NCBI GenBank assembly: GCA_965205025.1
Contig: CBDBFU010000006.1
Location: 1 to 19,919, forward strand
Direction: 5' to 3'
Length of the DNA: 19,919 bases
Origin: Candidatus Poribacteria bacterium
Lineage (GTDB): Bacteria > Poribacteria > WGA-4E > WGA-3G
Each line of letters begins with the position of its first letter. Position 1 is the first letter of the stretch. The translations under genes and the position numbers were made by a program. Positions 1 through 9,564 of the stretch are shown in pieces. The notes beneath the pieces are model-generated. The model had not been told where the DNA came from, made no database searches, and worked only from the letters and a program-made list of their open reading frames with translations.

Positions 1-1269
1 AAAAGTCTTTCTCGCATTGTTTCCGCTACATTTTCATGTGACCTTAGACCTATTAGATTGCGTAATTCATAAGGATCTGCATCAAGATCGTATAGGTATT
101 GTTCTACATACACATCCGATCCTGCATCTTTACCACCGTTTTTCTTTGGAGCATCCACTCCATACTTCCAACGTTGTGTGCGTACAGCCCGACCGACTTG
201 TGCCTCACTGATTTGAACAAAAACCTCCTCTGGCCAATCATCAGTATCCCTACGTACAAGTGGTAGGATGGATCTACCCTGCATCTCGTCCGGTACTGTT
301 AAACCAGCAGCATCCAGTAATGTTGGTGGTAAATCCACTAAACTCACAAGTTGTTGAATTTGACCACCCCCTACGAAGCCAGGGACCGTGAAATGCTGTT
401 GGAACACGGATAGAACTTTCATGACAGGAACGCTTATACTCACTATTACGTGTCTTGAAATGGCAACCGTGATCAGATGTAAATAGAATGATTGTATTAT
501 CCAAAAGGTCAAGACTCTTGAGTGCATCCATCAATCTACCCAGTGCTTCGTCAAGCCGTTTTACCATGCCGTAATACCCACCTAAATGCTGATGTGTTGA
601 CCCACCAAGTGCAGCAAGGTCCGGTGGAATCCATTTCCCTGTATATCTTTCTCTATAACCATCTGGTGGAGGGTAGTCATCCAAGTGGTTTTGATGATGT
701 GGTTCAATATATGAAGTAAATAGATAGAATGGATTATCTTTCTGTTGGTCTATATATCGAATGACTGCATCCGTCATAGCATCCACTCGATAACCAGGTA
801 AATCAACCGGTTGGTTATCATTGTCAAAAAGTCTTGTTTGATAAGCATCAGAGGTAAATTCCAGTACGTTGGACGCCAACCAATAGTCATAACCACCCCG
901 ATTCTCTGGGGGGACTGGGTCCGGGACCAGTTCCTCCTGAATAGAGATGCCATTTGCCAATATATCCTGTCGCATACCCAGCATCACCAAAGTGATGTGC
1001 AAGTGTCTTTAGATCAGGGGACAACGGTATACCGTTTCGAAAACAGCCAGTTTCTGTTGCATATAATCCGGTTTGTAGACATGAGCGCGCCGGTCCGCAT
1101 ACAGGTTGACATTGTAAATGACCGATGGACATGTGTTCCACGTTGTGCCATAACGATCAAAGTTTGGTGTTAAATCGAGTGGGTTTCCGTGTAAACCTGA
1201 AGTATCCCATCGCTGTTGGTCAGTGAAAAACACAATTACATTTGGTTGTTTGGAATCAGATTGTGCCAT
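1..1269 (-). CDS. Sulfatase (formylglycine-dependent, arylsulfatase-like); four apparent +1 frameshifts; 3' end runs off the window
   Basis: Stitched from ORFs 1009-1269, 887-1141, 274-1002 and an open frame to base 1: PNVIVFFTDQQRWD, CQPVCGPAR (CxPxR), GYIGKWHL, EPHH, IILFTSDHG, HESSIRVP, YLYDLDADPYE. GAGGA RBS before ATG 1269. Extra bases near 1152, 1112, 918 and 383. Confidence 0.93.
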
Positions 1270-1307
1270 CTCTATTTGTTCCTCTGTAACAGATTTTTAA
1301 CAGTCAG

Positions 1308-1336
1308 ATTCTATAGGATTTTACGCTACATGTCAA
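1308..1336 (-). promoter_or_regulatory. Sigma70-type promoter for the sulfatase
   Basis: Minus strand TTGACA (1336-1331), 17 nt, TAGAAT (1313-1308), about 40 nt upstream of the start codon. Confidence 0.7.
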
Positions 1337-1569
1337 GGAGAATTCATTGATGATTAGTAGGTATTTAATCCTTATATAATGGTTATTTATAAAAGATAAG
1401 AAATCATTTCAGAATATTATACATAAGAAGTTATACTTAGAAATATGATGTCTTCAGTATTATATTCTTGTGTAATTATTTTTTTGATGGTAGTATGACA
1501 ACATTGGGATGTGTGTATTAAGAGTGATTCATTTCTTCAAACTGTTTATGAATTATTGAGGACATACAA

Positions 1570-2590
1570 ATGAAAATTACAGGCTTTGAATTTCGGACTG
1601 TTTCGATTCCATTCCTTCCAACAATTCAAGAGTATTTCGGTCAAGAATACCCAACGACATTAGTCTGGGTACATACTGATGAAGGTATAACCGGTTTGGG
1701 AGAGAGCAATTCCTCTCATGGGTCGAATATCACTGACAGCGAGGATAGTTTAGTCGAAAGATATGTTGGTAAGAGTATTTGGGATATAGACCTATCGTCT
1801 GAAGGGTTTACCTCTCCAAAGTGCTTTTTATGATATTGCAGGACAAGCGTTAGGTATTCCAGCATATAAACTCATAGGTCCAAAATATAGGGATAGTGTT
1901 GAACTCGCCTACTGGTCCCCTGCAATGCCAGTTGAGAACACAGTAGCAGAGGCAAAACGTGCATGCCGACTTAGGATTCCGTGTGCACAAACTTAAAGCT
2001 CGGAGTGCCACTATTGTTGAGATTGCAAGACTGGTTCAAGAAGAATGTGGTCCTGATTTTGAAATTAGGGTTGATCCTAATACCGAATTTGGGGACTTAG
2101 AAACAGGTATCCGACTTGCAAATGAGTTAATACCATACAACATTGAAGTGTATGAAGATCCAATTAAGTTTGAAGATCTATCCTGGTATAAAGAACTGAG
2201 AAAGCATACGGATGTTCCGGTTGCACGTCATATAGGAAGTGCATCAGAGATATTAGAGAATATACGTGCTGATGCTGTAGATGCTATGAATACATTTGGA
2301 AATGTTACTGGTCTCCGTAGAAGTGCTGCTGTCTGTGAAGCTGCAGATATTCCTATATGGGTACAAGTCTTTGCCTTTGGATGTTGCGTCGCTTCAACAT
2401 TCGCTGCACATATGGTATGTACAATTCCAAACTGTACCATGCCAATTGACGAACTCCCTCATATCCGAGATAGATGACCTATCGGGTGGAAGTATGGATC
2501 TTTCGAATGGGTGCAATCAATCTCACAGATGAACCAGGTTTGGGTATTACCTTAGATATGGATGCTGTTGAGAAATATAGAATCAGATAG
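1570..2590 (+). CDS. Mandelate racemase/muconate lactonizing enzyme (enolase superfamily) protein; four apparent +1 frameshifts
   Basis: MKITGFE..VHTDEGITGLGES; shifted frame AFYDIAGQALGIPAYKLIG; HKLKAR (KxK), RVDPN, YEDP; C-terminus DEPGLGITLDMDAVEKYRIR* with TAG at 2588-2590. GAGGA RBS. Shifts near 1813, 1964, 2469 and 2510. Confidence 0.9.
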
Positions 2591-2764
2591 TAATTATCAG
2601 TAGAATTTTGTATCGTTCCACTCTGTCATTCAGTAAATTCGATGCATTATACATACAATTTGCATAACTATGTAAGTTTTCATGTAGATTACGAACTGCC
2701 ATACGAGCATGTGATGTATGAAGAGTGAAGACATTGATTTTTAAGATATAGTACGTAGGAAGGA

Positions 2765-3585
2765 TTAGGTATTTTCCGCTTCTGCATGAGCAAGTTGATT
2801 ACGGAGTTCTTCCAATTCTGTTTCCAGTTCTCGTCTCCGTTCTACTTCTTCAGCAGCCTTCGCTTCGGCTGCTTTCCTATGTTCTTGTTCTTGTAATCTC
2901 AGTTCTTGTTCTTGTATTCGAAGTTGTTTATCTTCAAAAGGTGTATTTATTGGTGTGCCATCAGGAAGAAATGGGCGTAATAACCTTACATGAGTATCTT
3001 GTTGTTTTCCCAACGAAATAAGAGGTTCAATGCCTTGCTAAATAAACCACCTTGATTATCTTGTTTTATTTCTTTCACTTTTCCTGAAGCACTACGCTGC
3101 CAACCACGAAATTCTGACTTTTTGTCCATTTCAGGTTGATGGATGAAGTATTCTTGAACCCCTATATCATGTAGATACAGATCTGCCTTGTCATTTCGGT
3201 CATGGTGTGCTGTCGCATCTGACAAAAATTCAAAAACGGCAACAGGTGCTGCACCTTCTGCCCATGTGTAAAAGCTACGTCTTAGTGGATATTTATCTAC
3301 TCCAAAAACAACATAAATATCCGGTGCAACGACCTTTCTGATATCTCCTTCTTGATAGTAAATGAAGCTGTCAATTCCCACGTGAATGTGTGGATCCACA
3401 TAAAAATAAACTGAAAGTTGGTGGAAAAACGTACTTATCTGTAAACCGTGAAAATCCGTTGCTGCCATAGGTTCGTCGTCCTCAAAAGGATAACCTTCGA
3501 TGTAAACAGTTGGGTTTCCACTTGCTTTTGGAAAGTCGGGGATATATTTTTTCTGTTTGAGACTGAAATCGTCTAAGGTATCCAT
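2765..3585 (-). CDS. Uma2 (DUF820) family PD-(D/E)xK endonuclease with coiled-coil C-terminal tail; one frameshift
   Basis: DDEPMA..FH, VAPDIYVVFGV, AVFEFLS, IGVQEYFI. Adding one base to the T4 run at 3005-3008 joins LLFRWE to KQQDTHVRLLRPFLPDG and the QEQE-rich coil. GGAG RBS supports ATG 3585. Confidence 0.85.
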
Positions 3586-3922
3586 ACATTTATCTCCGTT
3601 GCTTATCTGCATTGGAATATATTTAATTTTGGTAATTGGATTATCGTATTAATGAATATTTGCTAAACTATAAATGCTTCTATGTTTAAAGTATACTGAA
3701 TTTTATCAAAATATATGCAATTTTGCAAACCGAAGTTTGGCAATGGGTTTGTAATTTTCTGACATGAAGACTACTTATATTTACAGTTTTTAGACACATT
3801 TCTATAAGAAATACTCAAACATAGATTCGACATCTATTACCGAGTTTCAGGGCATAACATGATTATTCCAAAGTTACAATGCTTCCATTATATGTGCGGT
3901 ATTTCAAGAAGTGAATGCAGTA

Positions 3923-3948
3923 AAGCATCAGAAGTAATTCTGGTGCTT
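3923..3948. terminator. Stem-loop, possible terminator of the minus-strand membrane-protein cluster
   Basis: AAGCATCAGAA-GTAA-TTCTGGTGCTT: 11-bp stem (one G-U pair on the + strand), about 40 nt past the stop at 3989. U-tract is weak. Confidence 0.45.
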
Positions 3949-3988
3949 AATTTATACTGAATTTTGAGTGGGTTTTATGATGCGGAAA

Positions 3989-5423
3989 CTAACACACCTC
4001 TAATAATCCAGATGTATCGTTGGTGACTGTATCATTATCTCCATTTTTAGTTGTCTGTTTTAACCACTCTATCCAGTATTTTCTCTGATTCATACACCCA
4101 ATTAAGAAACCCTTCGTTTCAAAATAGTAGGATATAATCGCAAGACATAAAATTAACAATATTTGTATAGAATCTGAAAAACCTTCAAGAAATAGCATAT
4201 CTGTAATACCGTATGCGAGAACAAAACATAAGGTCCATCCAAGAATGTAGTACACAATTTGTACTGGTTTTTCCATCATCAATTCTAAAGTCAATTTCAT
4301 AGTGTAGAGAAAGGTTTTATCTGAAGACATATCTGAAATTGTTGACATCCGTTACAGGATAATCTGTCTTATTCTGATTGTTTTCATACCAATTATACCA
4401 AAAATTCTGTTCTAACCTTATTCCTTTTATTTTTCCTTTAGCTTCTCTATAGCTCATTATATAGGCAACAATAGAAAAAGGAATTGTAAATGATAAGAAC
4501 ATGTTGGTTAAATCAGATACTATCGAATTATTTCCCATACCCCATAAACCTATACAGAGAACAATAAAGAGTATTGGAATTACTATTACCCATACAAGAA
4601 ACTGTTTATACATGTGTGTTGGGTTTTGAAGTGTGAATATGATTGTTTTTATAACTGCTGAGAAGAAAGACTCTACAGTTTCAGACTGTGATGGCGGATC
4701 GTCAAGATCTTTATAGTGAGATTGATGATTTTGTTTATACCAATACAACCAACTTTCTCTTTCAACAGATATTCCTTTAACATAACCCGTTGATGCACAG
4801 AAACTCGAAAGTACAGTTAATAGAATTGTTGGAATTAAAAAATTAGTGTATATAGTTCCTAATTCAAGCATTGTCTGGCTAAAACCAAAATATGGATTAT
4901 AAATGTGTTTTTCAAAACCAAAGATAACAGTAACCATTATGAAAAAACATGTCCAATACAATACATGCAATGAAATATCTCGTAAATTGGCATAGCTATA
5001 ATTGTTTGATTTAGGTATGTTTGATAAATGCTTACCAGTATCCGATATATTCTCTTCTGCTAAAGAATTATACCAATTCATCCAAATCTTTCTTTCTATT
5101 TCAATTCCTTTCAGAGTATTTCTTGCTATCAAAAAACAAATCATCAATGTTGGAATTATTACCAGCCAAAATCTTTGATAGGATAAATCACGAACAATCT
5201 CTTCTACCATTAATGAAATACCAGTGAATATCTTCCATATTGACCAAGGTAGTGCCGTCGACCAGTTTTCTATTTCTTCCATCGCATCCGGTAAAGTGCC
5301 ATATTGGAAAGGATCATCAGATATAGTCCCTAATGCAGAAAAGATTAACCAACAAATCAAAAAGTATAAGAATAACGGTGATGGATTTTGAATCATGAAT
5401 ATAATTGTCTTTCGAATTTTCAT
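3989..5423 (-). CDS. Hypothetical polytopic membrane protein with four G..E/QR..W..W modules (paralog of 5476-6918); probable frameshift at about 4320-4350
   Basis: ORFs 4317-5435 and 3989-4348 together align with the whole 480-aa neighbour (ALPWSIWK vs ALPWSLWT; LAYGITDMLFLE vs LLYGFTDWLLLE). GGAG RBS supports ATG 5423. No RBS seen before 4348. Confidence 0.75.
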
Positions 5424-5451
5424 ACTACGCTCCACTTCATTGTAGGTTCAT

Positions 5452-5465
5452 TTTCAATTGAAACT
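5452..5465. promoter_or_regulatory. Palindrome TTTCAATTGAAA(CT), putative operator; copy 1
   Basis: Perfect 12-bp palindrome; identical 14-mer at 12662-12675. Confidence 0.4.
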
Positions 5466-5475
5466 CATACCTAAT

Positions 5476-6918
5476 TTAGTTAATGATGGGTGGTAATTCA
5501 GTAAAAGGTAAATCTTCATTTTTCACTTCAATTAACCTATGATACCAAGCAGTCCATTCTTGTCTTTCATGTATCATACCTATTGTTTCTTGCTGCGTCT
5601 CCAAAATGCTCGTAATAAATGTAAGAATGACTACAACCAACAATTGTACAAAGTTATCGTGTCGTTCAAGAAGCAACCAATCTGTAAAACCGTAAAGAAG
5701 TATCAGAGTACAAATCCATCCAGCGAAATGACATACCAGAATTTGTGGTTTTCTGAATATAGCAATAACAGAATCCTGGAGAGTCAAGAAGAATTGGTCG
5801 TATAAATCCCAAATTGAATTTTTAGCCTTCTTAACGATGTTTGTTGATACCCCTTGAAAATTATCTAAATATTCATTTACCCATCTTTCTTGTTCTATAG
5901 CTTTTCCTCTCTGCCTTCCAATTGCTTTACGATAAGAAATTATGAGTGTAAATACAATTGCACTTATACTATATTCCATTAGTAGACGACTTATCCTATC
6001 TGGTTTTAAACTAAGCCAATAGCCCAGAGATAATGAATAGATAAAGTGACAACTTATAATCCAAAAACTAAAATGCAGAATTATTGAGATGGGTTGACGT
6101 AATATCAGATTCAGTGTACTTATATGGTTTTTAAGAAGAGTATATAAATGAATATCAACCGATTTTGGTGGTTCATGATGATGTTTCTCTTGTGAGATGT
6201 ATTTAGAATTTACAAAATACCATTTTGTCCAGACATGTCTCTCTGATTTGGCTCCATTGATGATACTATTTGCTTCTATGTAAGTTGAAGCAATAGTACA
6301 TATTGTTGATAGAATACTTATTACGAGCAGATTAATTAGGTCTATACTAAAGGATGAAATTATAGATCGTATTAGTATTAATATTGTAAAAGCAATTAGA
6401 TGATAGAGGAAATGACGAACCAATAATATAGGTGTGCGAACGATATATTTTACTGTATTATAAACCCTCTTTAAATGTGAGTTTACTTTAATTGAACCAG
6501 ATAGAATGGGGAGAGTATTTGTGCCTCCATGTCCGTCATCATTTTTCTGTTTTTCATACCATCGTATCCAAACATCCCTTTCTGTTCGGATACCGTTCTT
6601 TCTTCCTCTGTTTGCACAATAGTATGAAATAATTGTAGGTAGTATAGCAAAGGGAAGTATATTGTGACCAAAGTTAACAAATTCACTTACTATTTCTTTC
6701 ACTATATCTGAGAGTGCTAAAACAATTGTCCATAAAGACCATGGTAAAGCATCAAATGAACTACTTATATCTTCAGTAAAGTCTTTAAATGTCCATCTGG
6801 CGAATGAATCGTCTACAACTGTAGCTATTGTTGAAAATATAGATACAAAAATTAGAAAGTAGATTACTAATGAGATCAGATTTAGAATTCTGAGTTTTTC
6901 TGATGTTAGAAATGTCAT
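5476..6918 (-). CDS. Hypothetical polytopic membrane protein with four repeated modules
   Basis: 480-aa ORF with GAGGA RBS and paired hydrophobic segments, each pair followed by GIRTERDVWIRWY, GAKSERHVWTKWY, GKAIEQERWVNEY or GMIHERQEWTAWY. Confidence 0.85.
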   Translation of the reverse strand: MTFLTSEKLRILNLISLVIYFLIFVSIFSTIATVVDDSFARWTFKDFTEDISSSFDALPWSLWTIVLALSDIVKEIVSEFVNFGHNILPFAILPTIISYYCANRGRKNGIRTERDVWIRWYEKQKNDDGHGGTNTLPILSGSIKVNSHLKRVYNTVKYIVRTPILLVRHFLYHLIAFTILILIRSIISSFSIDLINLLVISILSTICTIASTYIEANSIINGAKSERHVWTKWYFVNSKYISQEKHHHEPPKSVDIHLYTLLKNHISTLNLILRQPISIILHFSFWIISCHFIYSLSLGYWLSLKPDRISRLLMEYSISAIVFTLIISYRKAIGRQRGKAIEQERWVNEYLDNFQGVSTNIVKKAKNSIWDLYDQFFLTLQDSVIAIFRKPQILVCHFAGWICTLILLYGFTDWLLLERHDNFVQLLVVVILTFITSILETQQETIGMIHERQEWTAWYHRLIEVKNEDLPFTELPPIIN

Positions 6919-6940
6919 ATACTGTAATCCTCTATTTTGG

Positions 6941-7210
6941 TTATATGACTATAAATAACGCAATACATAAGTATCGTAAAAAGAAATTTGGATTATCAAC
7001 AATTCCTAAAACACCTAAAACCAATGAGATTGAAATAAATGCCATCACACAGATAATTGGTATACCTTCTAAAAGAGACTGTAGATGGTTATTAGATTGA
7101 AAAGGGAGTGTCAAAACTACAAAAAGAAGAAACCAACAACCAAAATGTATAATTATATACATCGGATTTCCCAGCATATATACAAGAGCATATCGGGTTT
7201 TCTGAATCAT
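6941..7210 (-). CDS. Small membrane protein related to the N-terminal half of the repeat module
   Basis: 89 aa, about three hydrophobic segments. YALVYMLGNPMYIIIHFGCWFLLF matches TIIFMIQNPSPLFLYFLICWLIF and LNLILRQPISIILHFSFW in the neighbours. Stop lies 22 nt before the next ATG. Confidence 0.65.
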   Translation of the reverse strand: MIQKTRYALVYMLGNPMYIIIHFGCWFLLFVVLTLPFQSNNHLQSLLEGIPIICVMAFISISLVLGVLGIVDNPNFFLRYLCIALFIVI

Positions 7211-7419
7211 TATTACCTACCAAATACTTCATTGATTAATACATCAATCTTGATGAATACATAATGAAAAATTGGGTTTACCTATATAGTTGCATCATGG
7301 ATTAGTTTTCTTCAAAAAAATAGGTAAGGTAATAATCTATTAAGGTGGAAGGATTAATATGCTGGTGGGAGGGTGTGGGTTTTTATTTAACTATATATTC
7401 TACATATTCTACTTGTGAA

Positions 7420-8493
7420 TTAATTTGCTTTAACTTCATCCCACACTCTACTATATTTCTGGGTGAAGTCACCTAAATCCTTCAACCACTCAAGACTTTG
7501 CATTGTTTCTTTGGAAGGAAATATATATTCATGCTCAAGTAATTTCTTAGGTAAATACTCTTTAGCAGTTGGTACACATGTACCATACATAGTGAATGTG
7601 GAAATTTTGGCATTGATATCGGGTCGAAGTAAATAATTTATGAATTTATGCGCAAGTTCTAAATGTGGTGCTGATTTTGGAATACAAACATTGTCTATAA
7701 ATTGACTGGAACCCTCTTTTGGGATAACATACTTAATTGATGGACGCTTCTCAGCTGCACGAAAAGCATCACCACTCCAGCAATGTGCCATTACTACGTC
7801 ACCAGAAATCAGGAGTTCCTCTGCCTCGTTTTTATATTGTTTTACAAGATCTCTCTGTTCAATTAATTTTTCTTTTGCTTGTTGAAGTTGGTCCATATCC
7901 TTGGTATTAAGACTATATCCCAACAATTTCAAGGCAACACCGGGGGTCTCGCGTTGGTCATCAAGCATACTAAACTGATTCTTATTATTTTCATCCCAGA
8001 AGACTTTCCAACTGTCTACAACTGTTGTTATAATAGATGAATCGTATGCAATTCCTGCTGTACCAAAAGTGTAAGGAATGGAATAGTTGTTATTTGGATC
8101 GAAATACTTATCAAGGTAGAAGGGACTTATTTTTTCAAAATTTGTTATCTTATCACGGTCTAACTTTGCCAATAATTCCAACTGAATCATCTTTGATACC
8201 ATATAATCTGATGGCATGATAATATCGTAACCAGTTGCCCCTGCTTTTAACTTGGCTAATAAGTCTTCATTTGTACCGTATGTATCAACAATAACCTTCA
8301 CCCCATATTCCTGTTCAAAACCTGAACGAATTTCTTCGCTAATATAAGTTGGCCAAGTAAAGATATTTAATTGATTCTGTGAATCACCACAACCTGTTGG
8401 AATAATTAAGACTAATGAAATGCAGAATAATAGTAAACATATATATATCAATGATCTTAAATTTCTACTAAGAAAAACAATTCTTTCAAACAT
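7420..8493 (-). CDS. potD: Spermidine/putrescine ABC transporter substrate-binding lipoprotein (PotD/PotF family)
   Basis: LNIFTWPTYI, FEQEYGVKV..DTYGTNE, GYDIIMPSDYMV, YSIPYTFGTAGIAYD, WSGDA, YVIPKEGS, AHKFINYLLRP; hydrophobic N-terminus with lipobox-like PTGC. Confidence 0.92.
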   Translation of the reverse strand: MFERIVFLSRNLRSLIYICLLLFCISLVLIIPTGCGDSQNQLNIFTWPTYISEEIRSGFEQEYGVKVIVDTYGTNEDLLAKLKAGATGYDIIMPSDYMVSKMIQLELLAKLDRDKITNFEKISPFYLDKYFDPNNNYSIPYTFGTAGIAYDSSIITTVVDSWKVFWDENNKNQFSMLDDQRETPGVALKLLGYSLNTKDMDQLQQAKEKLIEQRDLVKQYKNEAEELLISGDVVMAHCWSGDAFRAAEKRPSIKYVIPKEGSSQFIDNVCIPKSAPHLELAHKFINYLLRPDINAKISTFTMYGTCVPTAKEYLPKKLLEHEYIFPSKETMQSLEWLKDLGDFTQKYSRVWDEVKAN

Positions 8494-8573
8494 ATTTCAA
8501 TTCCTTTCAGATTATTTTAAACTCACAGAATCAATTATGTGTCTGTAGTAATATCTTGTTTATAATTACAAAA

Positions 8574-8602
8574 TTGACATTCAAGCTAATCTATGCTAAC
8601 CT
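8574..8602 (+). promoter_or_regulatory. Sigma70-like promoter pointing antisense into the rhodanese gene
   Basis: TTGACA (8574-8579), 17 nt, TAACCT (8597-8602) with extended -10 TG at 8594-8595. Confidence 0.4.
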
Positions 8603-8622
8603 AAAATAACAGTTAATTGTGA

Positions 8623-8988
8623 TTATTCGTCTGCTTTCTCAGTGTCCAGACCTTCTGTTTTCCAACCACGAAATCCACCAGTAAGGACTGAGACATTTTC
8701 AAAACCCATGTTCCTTAATGTCTGTGCAGAAAGAGTTGCTCGAGTACCACCACCACAATATGTTACAATTTGTGCATTCTCATCTGTTGTGATTTCATCA
8801 ATATCCAGTTCAATATAACCTCGAGGTAATGATACAGCATTTGGTAAATGTTCTTCTTCGAAATCTGACTCATCTCTAACATCCAACAGTATGACAGAAT
8901 CACCTGCTTCAATTAATTCATCTGGTGTTATATCACCCACTATCTCTTTAGCTTCTGCGACAAGTTCCTTAAGTGTTTTCAATGGCAT
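8623..8988 (-). CDS. Rhodanese-like domain protein (single-domain sulfurtransferase)
   Basis: LLDVRDESDFEEEHLPNAVSLPRG, active-site loop YCGGGTRA, LTGGFRGWK. GGAGG RBS supports ATG 8988 rather than TTG 9087. Confidence 0.92.
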   Translation of the reverse strand: MPLKTLKELVAEAKEIVGDITPDELIEAGDSVILLDVRDESDFEEEHLPNAVSLPRGYIELDIDEITTDENAQIVTYCGGGTRATLSAQTLRNMGFENVSVLTGGFRGWKTEGLDTEKADE

Positions 8989-9058
8989 CGTTATCCTCCA
9001 TAATACCAATGTGTTTGTAATTATGAAATGAGTTCGTAGTTGTTGTATATTAGAGGTA

Positions 9059-9087
9059 AATATATCATATAGATAGTGAATCGTCAA
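9059..9087 (-). promoter_or_regulatory. Sigma70-type promoter for the rhodanese gene
   Basis: Minus strand TTGACG (9087-9082), 17 nt, TATATT (9064-9059) with extended -10 TG. Confidence 0.6.
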
Positions 9088-9118
9088 ATATTAAATGAAA
9101 AATCGAATCGGAGGAATA

Positions 9119-9562
9119 ATGGACCAATTAAAAGATGCTCTACAATCTGTCATTGATAAAGACCGTATCGGTAGTCCAGTATTTATACGTGCAATTCTGA
9201 ACATTACTGATAATGTAGAAACTCTAATACAACCTACAACAGGGCTAATTGCCTTTTCCAATGAGTTGCTACCATCAGAATCACATAGTGTATACGCGCA
9301 GGCTTCTGATGATGACATTCAAGTAACTGTTATGTTACATTATGTAGGTGGTCAGATGGCGTTATTGAGTACAAATCGAGTTAATAGCCAAACCGATATT
9401 GATCTAATGTTAGTAGGAAATAAAGGAGTGATTTATCACCAAACACCAATAGGAAGAAATTATCTCAGTGGAACTCCACCAAAACTTGGTGAAACTGGAC
9501 CACTAACCGATGTGATTACACAATCACTTGCTACAGGAAAACCAATTATAGTGGAGGGATAA
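9119..9562 (+). CDS. Hypothetical protein resembling a stand-alone Gfo/Idh/MocA C-terminal domain
   Basis: GGAGGA RBS before ATG 9119. VIDKDRIGSPVFIRA, LMLVGNKGVI and QSLATGKPIIVE parallel VLNDGIIGELKAIHC, VYLVGTDAAL and KSAATGKVIQLE of the next gene. Confidence 0.7.
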   Translation: MDQLKDALQSVIDKDRIGSPVFIRAILNITDNVETLIQPTTGLIAFSNELLPSESHSVYAQASDDDIQVTVMLHYVGGQMALLSTNRVNSQTDIDLMLVGNKGVIYHQTPIGRNYLSGTPPKLGETGPLTDVITQSLATGKPIIVEG

Positions 9563-9564
9563 TT

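Noticed and set aside
1-2590. Pseudogene or programmed-frameshift call for the sulfatase and enolase-family genes
   Set aside because: Motifs are intact, no slippery sites were seen, and the indel pattern fits sequencing error.
2765-7210. Anti-phage defence island (Uma2 nuclease plus membrane proteins)
   Set aside because: About 400 bp and a hairpin separate them, Uma2 genes are commonly dispersed, and no known defence domains were recognised.
8989-9087. N-terminal extension of the rhodanese ORF
   Set aside because: The TTG is part of the -35 box, and a strong RBS sits before ATG 8988.
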